Positions 21,000 to 28,424 of a stretch of DNA of 64,000 nt are shown here, in pieces. Below the pieces are notes generated by a model that saw only the letters and a program-made list of their open reading frames with translations, did no database searches and was not told the DNA's origin. The stretch is from Solirubrobacterales bacterium (GTDB lineage: Bacteria > Actinomycetota > Thermoleophilia > Solirubrobacterales > 70-9): positions 1,529 through 65,528 of the forward strand of contig DATCLC010000069.1 in NCBI GenBank assembly GCA_036564135.1, given 5' to 3'. Both the position numbers and the translations under genes were made by a program. Positions within the stretch are counted from its first letter, which is position 1. Each line of letters opens with the position of its first letter.

Positions 21000-21458
21000 G
21001 TGGCGCAGCGCAAGCCGGTCGACGCCCAGCCCGCCGCCGAGGCGAAGCGGGCGCTCGCTCAGTGGCGCCTCGCGCTGCGCTACGCGGCGGCGGCCGCGCG
21101 ACCCGGCGCCGAAGCCGCGGCGCGAGTCGTGCGTGCCACCGGCGCTGACCTCGCGAGCCGCGCGGTCGAACGCCTGCGGGCCCTAGGCGAGGAGCGGGCT
21201 GATCAGGGCCAAGCGGCGGAGTCGCCCGACGAGGGCGCGGCGGAGGACGAGCGCGAGCCCGACGGCCCGGCGGCCGAGGAAGACGGCGCGCCGCCCGCCG
21301 ACGAGGAGCCAGGCGCTGAGGCCGACGGCACCGACGAGGAGCCCGACGCCGACGAGCGCGACGGGGGCGCCGACCCCCTGCGCGCCGGCTTCGAGCACGC
21401 CTACAGCGACGAGGTCGAGAACTACGAGCACCGAGACGCGTACGCGAACACGCGCTGA
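21000..21458 (+). CDS. hypothetical acidic protein
   Basis: 152 aa. Ala/Arg-rich helical N-terminus and a strongly acidic tail (EDEREPDGPAAEEDG...DEEPDADERDGG). High GC3. Sits directly upstream of gvpA. Confidence 0.5.
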   Translation: MAQRKPVDAQPAAEAKRALAQWRLALRYAAAAARPGAEAAARVVRATGADLASRAVERLRALGEERADQGQAAESPDEGAAEDEREPDGPAAEEDGAPPADEEPGAEADGTDEEPDADERDGGADPLRAGFEHAYSDEVENYEHRDAYANTR

Positions 21459-21494
21459 CGCGCGCTGACCCGGCAAGCCAGGAAAGGAATCCAG

Positions 21495-21941
21495 ATGGCC
21501 ACGGCTATGCAGTACGGAAGCGGGACCCGTCCCTACCGCGGCGGGAGCGGCTACGTAGCGCGCTCCTCCTCGAGCGGGCTCTATGACGTCCTCGAGCTGA
21601 TCCTCGACAAGGGGCTCGTGATCGACGTGTTCGTGCGCGTCTCGCTGATCGGAATCGAGATCCTCACCGTGGACGCGCGCATCGTGATCGCGAGCGTCGA
21701 CACCTACCTGCGTTTCGCGGAGGCGGTCAACCGCCTCGACCTGATGGCGACCGAGACCCAGGGCCTGCCCGAGATGATGGACGGCCTCACCGAGAGCGGC
21801 GCCTCCAGCAAGACCAAGGGCGCGATCACCGGCGCGCGCGAGGCGCTCTTCGGTGACGACGAGGAGGTAGAGGGCGACAAGGAGGCCCAGGGCTCGCGCA
21901 AGCGCAGCTCGAGCACGCGACGGAGCAGGTCGAGCTCCTGA
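21495..21941 (+). CDS. gvpA: gas vesicle structural protein, actinomycete GvpA type (GvpA/J family)
   Basis: Core [50 protein letters not shown], followed by a long hydrophilic C-terminal extension as in streptomycete GvpA. Confidence 0.9.
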   Translation: MATAMQYGSGTRPYRGGSGYVARSSSSGLYDVLELILDKGLVIDVFVRVSLIGIEILTVDARIVIASVDTYLRFAEAVNRLDLMATETQGLPEMMDGLTESGASSKTKGAITGAREALFGDDEEVEGDKEAQGSRKRSSSTRRSRSSS

Positions 21942-21955
21942 GCCCGGGAGGCGCG

Positions 21956-22717
21956 GTGGCAAGCGACGGCGTTCCCCAATACGTCTACGGCGTCGTGCCG
22001 GCTGACGGGCGCGGCCGGGCGCGGGCGCCCGGGATCGGCGGCGAGGGGGTGCGCGTGATCCGGGCCGGCCGGGTGGGCGCGCTCGCGAGCCCCGTGCCCG
22101 ACGCCGACGGCGAACTCCCGGCGGGCCGCGAGGAACTGCGCGCCCACGCCCAGGTGCTCGAGGCGGCGCTCGCCGAGTTCGCGGCCGTCCTGCCGATGCG
22201 CTTCGGCATCGTGATGCCGAGCGACGCGGCGGTGCGCGACGAGTTGCTGGGGCCCCACAGCGCCCAGCTCGAGGCCCAGCTCGACGAGCTCGCGGGCAAG
22301 TTCGAGATGGGCCTGAAGGCGCTGTACGACGAGGACGCGATCCTGCGCGAGATCGTCACGGAGAACCGGGAGGCGCGCGCACTGCGCGCGGCGATCGCGG
22401 CCGCGCCGGCCGACGCCACCTACCCGCAGCGGATCCGCCTCGGCGAGCTGATCGCCGCCGGGCTCGACGAGCGGCGGCTCGTAGACGAGCGCGCGATCGC
22501 CGAACGCCTGGAGCGGTTCGCGATCGCCGTCGACCTGCGCCCGCCGATCCACGAGCGCATGGCGCTGAACGCCGCCTTCCTGCTGGACCGCGAGCGCTTG
22601 GGGCGCTTCGACGAGGAGCTCGAGCTGCTCGCCGCCGAGAGCCACCCGCGCATCGGCTTCCGGCTCACCGGCCCCCTCCCCCCGCACAGCTTCGTCGAAC
22701 TTTCGGTGGAGCGCTGA
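21956..22717 (+). CDS. gvpF: gas vesicle protein GvpF/GvpL family
   Basis: 253 aa. N-terminal YVYGVV motif and family-typical layout; ends PLPPHSFV. Confidence 0.85.
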   Translation: MASDGVPQYVYGVVPADGRGRARAPGIGGEGVRVIRAGRVGALASPVPDADGELPAGREELRAHAQVLEAALAEFAAVLPMRFGIVMPSDAAVRDELLGPHSAQLEAQLDELAGKFEMGLKALYDEDAILREIVTENREARALRAAIAAAPADATYPQRIRLGELIAAGLDERRLVDERAIAERLERFAIAVDLRPPIHERMALNAAFLLDRERLGRFDEELELLAAESHPRIGFRLTGPLPPHSFVELSVER

Positions 22718-22718
22718 G

Positions 22719-23024
22719 ATGGGTCTCTTCAAGGAGCTCGCGCTGCTCCCGCTCGCGCCGCTGCGCGGCACCGTCTGGGTGGCCGAGCAGCTCCGCGACG
22801 AGGCCGACCGCCGCCTCTACGACGAGGAGAGCATCAAGCGGGAACTGCTCCAGCTCGAGCTCGACCACGAGGCTGGGCTCGTGGGCGACGCCGAGCGCGA
22901 GCGGCTCGAGCGCGATCTGTTCGAGCGCCTCGCGGTGGCCCGCGCCCGCGCGGTGGAGGAGGCGGAGCTGGCCGCCTATCCGCCCGTTGAACCCGACCCG
23001 GAAGGGGTGAGCGAACGTGGCTGA
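22719..23024 (+). CDS. gvpG: gas vesicle protein GvpG
   Basis: 101 aa. MGLFKELALLPLAPLRGTVWVAEQLRDEA... is typical of GvpG. Confidence 0.85.
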   Translation: MGLFKELALLPLAPLRGTVWVAEQLRDEADRRLYDEESIKRELLQLELDHEAGLVGDAERERLERDLFERLAVARARAVEEAELAAYPPVEPDPEGVSERG

Positions 23025-23346
23025 GCGCAAACCGAGCTCCAAGTCGCGCAGCGGCTCCTCGTCGCGGCGCGGCGGGGGCTCCAAGAGCAACCGCGGCGCC
23101 GCCGAGATCGCGCGTCACGCGGCGCGCGAGCTGCAGGGCCTGATCGGCCGCCCGGTCGAAGCCGTCACCGGCATCGAGCGCGACGGCAAGGAATGGACCG
23201 TCACGGTGGAGGTGGTTGAACTCGAGCGGATCCCGAACACGACCGACGTGCTGGGCGTCTACGAGGTGACGCTCGACGCCGACGGCGAGCTCATCGGCAC
23301 GCAGCGCACGCACCGCTTCTATCGCTCTGAGGCGGGTGAGGTCTAG
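23017..23346 (+). CDS. gvpO: gas vesicle protein GvpO
   Basis: 109 aa. Basic N-terminus, then GRPVEAVTGIERDGKEWTVTVEVVELERIPNTTDVLGVYEV. Confidence 0.85.
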   Translation: MAERKPSSKSRSGSSSRRGGGSKSNRGAAEIARHAARELQGLIGRPVEAVTGIERDGKEWTVTVEVVELERIPNTTDVLGVYEVTLDADGELIGTQRTHRFYRSEAGEV

Positions 23347-23825
23347 TGGCCGAGCAGCGCTCCGAGTACGAGCTCTACGACCGCCGCCAGCGGCCGCCGG
23401 CGGCCGTCCAGTCCGCGGGCGGCCCAGCGAACCTCGCCGACATCCTCGAGCGGGTGCTCGACAAGGGCATCGTGATCGCGGGCGACATCCAGATCAACCT
23501 GCTCGACATCGAGCTGCTCACGATCAAGCTCCGGCTGCTGGTCGCCTCGGTCGAGCGGGCGCAGGAGATGGGGATCAACTGGTGGGAGTCGGACCCCTCC
23601 CTGTCGCGCGACGCGCGGCGGCTCGAGCGGGAGAACGAGGACCTGCGCGAGCGCCTCGAGCGGCTCGAGCGGATCGCTGGACTGCCCGAGCCCGCCCCCG
23701 GCGAGGAGATCGTCTTCGAGGAACATCGCGAGGAGGAGGTCCGAGCCGGTGGCGAGCGGGAAGTCACCGAGTCGCACCATCGCGAGGTTCGCGAGCGCGA
23801 CGAGCGGAACGAGAAGGGGCGATGA
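23346..23825 (+). CDS. gvpJ: gas vesicle protein GvpJ (GvpA/J family)
   Basis: Core NLADILERVLDKGIVIAGDIQINLLDIELLTIKLRLLVASVERAQEMG. GTG start shares its first base with the gvpO stop. Confidence 0.9.
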   Translation: MAEQRSEYELYDRRQRPPAAVQSAGGPANLADILERVLDKGIVIAGDIQINLLDIELLTIKLRLLVASVERAQEMGINWWESDPSLSRDARRLERENEDLRERLERLERIAGLPEPAPGEEIVFEEHREEEVRAGGEREVTESHHREVRERDERNEKGR

Positions 23826-24871
23826 GCACGGAGCGCGAGGAGCTCGAGCGCCTGCGCACGGCGCTCTCCGCGTTCGGTATGGAGCGCGCCGACGAGCTCC
23901 TCGCGTCTGCGCGCGACGAGGCTCTAGAGCGGGCGCGCTTGATCCTCGTCACCGAGATGACGAGGGCCCTGCTCGACGGCGCCGGCGCGCGGCTGGGGTC
24001 GGGCCAACGGGCGCGCGACGGCCGGCGCCGCTCCCCCTCCCCCGCGCCCTCACCCCCGCCGGCCGACGCGTCCGATACCGCGCTCTACGTGTACGGCGTC
24101 GGGTCCAGCGAAGCCGAGGAGCTCGACGGCGCTGTCCGCGAGGGGCTCGGGGTCGCGAGCGCGCCGCCGTTCACGCTGCGCGAGGGCGAGCTGGCGGCGA
24201 TCGCCAGCACGGTCCCGCTCGCCGAATTCGACGAGGGCCGGCTGCGCGAGAACCTGAACGACGTCGAATGGCTCGAGCGCGTGGCGCGCGCCCACGAGGA
24301 AGTGCTCGAGCGGGCGCTGCGGGCGGCGACCGTCGTGCCCCTGCGGTTGTGCACGATGTACCGCGACGCGCAGCACGTGCGCGCGATGCTGGCGCGCGAG
24401 GAGCCGGTCTTCCGCGAGGCGCTCGCCCGCCTGCGCGGCAAGACGGAATGGGGCGTAAAGATGATCGCCGAGCCCGGCGCGCTTGAGCGCGCGCTGAACG
24501 GGGCCGAGCACGAGCGCCTGGAGGACGTGCCGACCGGGGTCGCGTACCTGCGGGAGCGCGGCAGACAGGCTCGCGCCCGCGAGGATCTCGACGAGCTCGC
24601 GGCGCGCTTGGCGGCAGACGTCCACGACGAGCTCGCCGCCCGCGCTGAGGAGGCGCTGCTCAACCCCCTCCAGAACCCCGAGGTGAGCGGCCATGAGGGC
24701 GACATGCTGTTGAACGGCGCCTACCTCGTCGCCGACGCGGAGCTCCCGGCGTTCCGCCAGCAGTGCGAGCGGCTCACAGGAGCGTTCGCGCCGCGCGGGG
24801 TGGTGGTCGAGCTGACCGGCCCCTGGCCCCCGTACAACTTCGTGCGCAGCACCCTGGAGACGTCGGCGTGA
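23822..24871 (+). CDS. gvpL: gas vesicle protein GvpL/GvpF family (long form)
   Basis: ORF-track entry 23336..24871 trimmed to ATG 23822 (ATGA overlap). ALYVYGV motif; ends GPWPPYNFV. Confidence 0.85.
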   Translation: MSTEREELERLRTALSAFGMERADELLASARDEALERARLILVTEMTRALLDGAGARLGSGQRARDGRRRSPSPAPSPPPADASDTALYVYGVGSSEAEELDGAVREGLGVASAPPFTLREGELAAIASTVPLAEFDEGRLRENLNDVEWLERVARAHEEVLERALRAATVVPLRLCTMYRDAQHVRAMLAREEPVFREALARLRGKTEWGVKMIAEPGALERALNGAEHERLEDVPTGVAYLRERGRQARAREDLDELAARLAADVHDELAARAEEALLNPLQNPEVSGHEGDMLLNGAYLVADAELPAFRQQCERLTGAFAPRGVVVELTGPWPPYNFVRSTLETSA

Positions 24872-25212
24872 CCGCGGAGCGGGACGCGATCGACCGCAGC
24901 CGAAGGGCGGCCGCCGCTCGCCGCGAGCGCACGCGCGCCGCTTACGACGCTCGCCGGGCCGCCGACCGCCGGCGGCACGACGCGAGCGTCAGGCGCGCGC
25001 GGCTCGCGCGCGAGGTTTCTCTCGTCGACCTCGTAGATCGCCTCCTCGACGGCGGCGTGGTCATCCACGGCGACATCACGATCGCCGTCGCGGACGTCGA
25101 CCTGCTCTACGTGGGCCTGCGGGCGCTGGTCTCCTCGGTCGAGAACATGGAGCGCGAGCTCGGCGCTGGGCTCTCCGCCAAGGGCCCGGCGCTCGCGGCG
25201 ACGCCGAGGTAG
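24868..25212 (+). CDS. gvpS: small GvpA/J/M/S-family gas vesicle protein
   Basis: GTGA overlap with the gvpL stop. Core SLVDLVDRLLDGGVVIHGDITIAVADVDLLYVGLRALVSSVE. Confidence 0.8.
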   Translation: MTAERDAIDRSRRAAAARRERTRAAYDARRAADRRRHDASVRRARLAREVSLVDLVDRLLDGGVVIHGDITIAVADVDLLYVGLRALVSSVENMERELGAGLSAKGPALAATPR

Positions 25213-25214
25213 CC

Positions 25215-25883
25215 GTGCTCTACGTGTACGCGATCACCGATCCAGGCGCCTCCACCGAGGCGCCGGGCATCGGCGGCGCCCGGGTGACCGCCGTGCGCGA
25301 GGGGGATCTCCAGGCGCTCGTCAGCGCGCACGAACGGCTCGAGCCGGCGACCGGGGTCGATCGGCTGTGGGAGCACGAGGCCGTCGTCGAGGGCGCCGGG
25401 GCAGGCGGCGCGGGGGTGCTGCCGCTGCGCCTGGACAGCGCGCTCGCGGGCGAGGACGAGGTGCGGGCGCTGCTGCGCGAGCGCGCGGATGAGTTCGGGA
25501 CCGTCCTGCGCCGGGTGCGGGGCGCGGCCGAACTGAGCGTGCGCGTGGGCCTCGCCGTCGCCGAGGAACCGGCGCCGGTCGCGCCCGGGACCGGCGGAGC
25601 GGGCACCGCGTACATGCTCGGGCGCCTCGAGCGGGCGCGGCGAGCCGAGGATCTGGTCCGCGCGGTGCACGAGCCGCTCGCCGAGCTCGCGCGCGAGCAC
25701 GCGCGCCTGGGGCCGACGCTCTCCGACCGGCGCGGCCAGTTCCGGCTCGCCTATTTGGTCGAGCGCGGCGCGGTGGAACCCTTCAGGGCCCGCGTGGAGG
25801 AGCTCGCGGAGTCGCAGCCGGAGCTGCAGCTGACCTGCACGGGGCCGTGGCCGCCCTACAGCTTCGTGGGGAGTGCCGCGTGA
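25215..25883 (+). CDS. third GvpF/GvpL-family protein
   Basis: 222 aa. LYVYAI N-terminus; ends GPWPPYSFV, like the other two family members. Confidence 0.8.
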   Translation: MLYVYAITDPGASTEAPGIGGARVTAVREGDLQALVSAHERLEPATGVDRLWEHEAVVEGAGAGGAGVLPLRLDSALAGEDEVRALLRERADEFGTVLRRVRGAAELSVRVGLAVAEEPAPVAPGTGGAGTAYMLGRLERARRAEDLVRAVHEPLAELAREHARLGPTLSDRRGQFRLAYLVERGAVEPFRARVEELAESQPELQLTCTGPWPPYSFVGSAA

Positions 25884-26236
25884 GCCCTGCCGCCGAGCGC
25901 GACCGCCTGCTCGCGGGCCACGGCGACCTCGACCTCTTCGGGCGCGAGCTCGCGCGCCTGGACTCCGCGCTGCGCGGCCGCTTGAACGCCGACCGCGAAA
26001 GCCTCGAGAAGGGCCTCGCGCAGCTCGTGCTCACCCTCGTCGAGGTCATCCGCCAGCTGCTTGAGCGCCAGGCTCTGCGGCGCGTCGAGGGCGGCTCACT
26101 CTCGGCGGCCGAGGTGGAGCGGCTGGGCGAGACATTCCTGCTGCTCGCCGAGCGCATGGACGAGCTCAAGGAGGCATTCGGCCTGGAGGACGAGGACCTG
26201 AATCTGGACCTGGGGCCCCTGGGGAAGCTGCTGTGA
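25880..26236 (+). CDS. gvpK: gas vesicle protein GvpK
   Basis: GTGA overlap with the upstream stop. Core LEKGLAQLVLTLVEVIRQLLERQALRRVEGGSLSAAEVERLGETF. Confidence 0.85.
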   Translation: MSPAAERDRLLAGHGDLDLFGRELARLDSALRGRLNADRESLEKGLAQLVLTLVEVIRQLLERQALRRVEGGSLSAAEVERLGETFLLLAERMDELKEAFGLEDEDLNLDLGPLGKLL

Positions 26237-26261
26237 GGAAAGCCACGGAAGGAGGACGCGT

Positions 26262-26495
26262 ATGAACGGCGAGGAGTTGCGGGCGCAGTACTTCGACGTC
26301 CTGCTCGACCGGATCACCGAGACGCGCTACCCGAGCAAGGAGCTGCTCGACCGCGCCGAGAACCTCGCGTACACGCGCGAGCAGGCGGAGCGGCTCGTGA
26401 CGTACCTGATCGCGACCGTGCAGGGCGTGCGCTACCCGAGCCACCAGCTCATGGACCGCGTCGAGCGGATCCTCTTCGGGATACCCGGGCGCTAG
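26262..26495 (+). CDS. 77-aa protein with internal duplication (gvp-associated, unknown function)
   Basis: GGAAGGAGGA SD upstream of the ATG. Two ~33-aa repeats, each ending in RYPS-x2-L-[LM]-DR-[AV]-E (RYPSKELLDRAE / RYPSHQLMDRVE). Confidence 0.6.
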   Translation: MNGEELRAQYFDVLLDRITETRYPSKELLDRAENLAYTREQAERLVTYLIATVQGVRYPSHQLMDRVERILFGIPGR

Positions 26496-26820
26496 CCCGG
26501 GCAGCGTGGGCTCGCTCGCGCGCGGCGCGATGCGCAGCGCGCCCGCGGCGCTTGGCGCGCCGCACCTGCCGCGCGACCCGTGAGCGGGCGCGGCGCAGGC
26601 GTCGCTTCGCGCGCCGGTCCCGGTCCGCGCTCTGGCGCCGCACCCTTCGCCGCAGCTCGGCGGAGTGCTCGGCGAGCTCGGCGTTGCGCCGCGCGGCGCG
26701 CATTCGGTGAGCTTGTGGAGACGCCATGGCTGCGGGGGCGTTTTCACCCCGGTTGCAGGTCGTTTACCCGGAATTTCGCGCGGGTAGCCGGAGCGCACCG
26801 CGAACCGAAGGAGGGCCGGG

Positions 26821-27360
26821 ATGGCCCAAGCCAAGACCAGCAAGTCATCGTCAAGGAAGACGGGCGGCGCGAAGCGCACGCAGGCCAAGTCGCGCAGCGG
26901 CGCGAAGTCGGCGTCGGCCAAGTCGCGCGGCGCGAAAGCGGCGTCGAAGAGCTCGAACGGCAAGCGCGCGACGTCCGCGAAGCCGCGCAAGCCCGCGACG
27001 CCGAAGGCACCGGCGCCCGAGGAGCTCGGGGGCGCCGCGGCGCTCGCCGCGGCGCGTCAGGCCGCGGCGGAGGGCACGAAGGCGGCCGGTAAGGCCGTCG
27101 CCGCAGCCGCGAAGCGCGCCCGGACGCCACTCGCGATCGCGGGCGGCGCTGTCGCCGGCGTTGCCGGCGGGCTCGCGCTGCGGCGCCGCGGGAACCACTC
27201 GAAGCTGAGCGCCCGGCTGCCCAAGGAGCTGCCGCTGCCGCTGCGCGACGGCAAGCTCGACCCTGACGCGATCGCGAGGTTCGGCACGCGCGTCGAGGGG
27301 TTCGGGCGCCAGCTCACCGCGGTCTCGCACGCCCTGCGCGCCCAGCAGCGCAAGCGCTAG
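26821..27360 (+). CDS. basic Ser/Lys/Ala-rich single-pass membrane protein (gvp-flanking paralogue 2)
   Basis: 179 aa, the same length and architecture as 20441..20980: basic disordered N-terminus, TM LAIAGGAVAGVAGGLAL, C-terminal helix. Identical 21-nt RBS/start block at 26809-26829. Confidence 0.65.
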   Translation: MAQAKTSKSSSRKTGGAKRTQAKSRSGAKSASAKSRGAKAASKSSNGKRATSAKPRKPATPKAPAPEELGGAAALAAARQAAAEGTKAAGKAVAAAAKRARTPLAIAGGAVAGVAGGLALRRRGNHSKLSARLPKELPLPLRDGKLDPDAIARFGTRVEGFGRQLTAVSHALRAQQRKR

Positions 27361-27384
27361 CCCTCCCCCGGCCCACCGTCTCTA

Positions 27385-27476
27385 TCCGGCGTGCGTGGTG
27401 CGGGGCGCCGTGGGGCTGGCGCTTGGTGGCCGCTCTCCGGCGTGGCGTGGTGCGCGGCGCCGTGGCGCCTGGCGCC
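27385..27476. repeat. tandem direct repeat A (2 copies, period 51)
   Basis: TCCGGCGTGCGTGGTGCGGGGCGCCGTGGGGCTGGCGC at 27385 versus TCCGGCGTGGCGTGGTGCGCGGCGCCGTGGCGCCTGGCGC at 27436. Confidence 0.7.
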
Positions 27477-27515
27477 GGTGACCTAACGATCGCCCCCGCC
27501 CCCGACTGCAACGTT

Positions 27516-27610
27516 TCGACGGTTGATCCAACACAAAGTCGCCCTCGCGCCGGGCGCGGGCGCGACTTCGACTATCGACGGTTGATCCCACGAAACGCCG
27601 ATGTCGCGCG
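27516..27610. repeat. tandem direct repeat B (2 copies, period 59) with a hairpin between
   Basis: Exact 14-mer TCGACGGTTGATCC at 27516 and 27575. Hairpin AAGTCGC...GCGACTT at 27536-27568. Confidence 0.7.
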
Positions 27611-27748
27611 CCCGGGAGCCGCAGGCGGCCCAAAGGCCCGCACCAAACGCACGCGCCGTACGCCGCAACGCGCACGAGAGCCGCCAGCGACCCGAACCCC
27701 CAGCAACCTCCCTCCCCCTTTGTCGACCACGGCGCGCGATCCCGGCCG

Positions 27749-27852
27749 GTGATCGAGTTTCCTAGTCCAGGAGACCAGAAAAGTCGAGCGCCGGCGGTTG
27801 GTGGGGATCGTGATCGAGGTTTCTAGTCAGGAGGCCTAGAAAAGTCGATCAC
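27749..27852. repeat. tandem direct repeat C (2 copies, period 61), each a long imperfect palindrome
   Basis: GTGATCGAGTTTCCTAGTCCAGGAGACCAGAAAAGTCGA at 27749. GTGATCGAGGTTTCTAGTCAGGAGGCCTAGAAAAGTCGATCAC at 27810, with arms GTGATCGA/TCGATCAC and TTTCTAG/CTAGAAA. Confidence 0.7.
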
Positions 27853-27870
27853 GGGCCTGGGGGCCGACCG

Positions 27871-28326
27871 TCAGTGCGACTCCCAGGCCTCCGGGCGTTT
27901 GATCAGCTGCTCGATCTCCGGGGAGAGCCGACCCGCGACGACGTCGGCCAGCGTCACCGACTCCAGTACCGCGCGCATGTTCATGCGCAGCGCCACGAAG
28001 ACCTCCCGCAGGGGCGCGGCCACGCCCTCGTAATCGAGCGCCTCGGGACGGACGTCGCGCACGCTCGCGAGCGGCCCCTCGATCGCGCGGATCACGTCGG
28101 CGATCGTGATCTCCTCCGCTGGGCGCGCGAGCGAGTAGCCGCCCTCCGATCCGCGGTGGCTGGCCACGATCCCCGCGTTGCGAAGCTCGCCGAGGATCGC
28201 CTCCAAAAACTTCACGGGGATCCGCTGCGCGGCCGCGATCTCGTCACGCTTGATCGGCGGCTGCTCCGCAGCCGCGATCTCCAGCACCCCCCGAAGGGCG
28301 TAGTCCGCCTTCGCAGAAACGCGCAT
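27871..28326 (-). CDS. Rrf2-family transcriptional regulator (no cysteines)
   Basis: 151 aa. MRVSAKADYALRGVLEIA... winged-helix N-terminus typical of Rrf2. The sequence contains no Cys at all. Confidence 0.85.
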   Translation of the reverse strand: MRVSAKADYALRGVLEIAAAEQPPIKRDEIAAAQRIPVKFLEAILGELRNAGIVASHRGSEGGYSLARPAEEITIADVIRAIEGPLASVRDVRPEALDYEGVAAPLREVFVALRMNMRAVLESVTLADVVAGRLSPEIEQLIKRPEAWESH

Positions 28327-28424
28327 CCTGCGCGGTTTCTATCTCACCGCGCGGCCACGCGCAGCCCCGGCGAGGAGCTGCGCGGTGACCCTTCGTGAGA
28401 GGCTGGGCGCCGGGCGCCCGTAGG

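Noticed and set aside
26449-26727. 92-aa minus-strand ORF (MASPQAHRMRAARRNAELAEH...) between the 77-aa gene and the second flanking paralogue.
   Set aside because: It is almost pure Arg/Ala and overlaps the 3' end of the well-supported 77-aa gene by 47 nt. I saw no SD. It is most likely a compositional artefact.
27385-27852. Whether the repeats in the 27.4-27.9 kb spacer form a CRISPR array.
   Set aside because: Each repeat family has only two copies, the three families are unrelated to each other, the spacers are not uniform, and there are no cas genes in the window.
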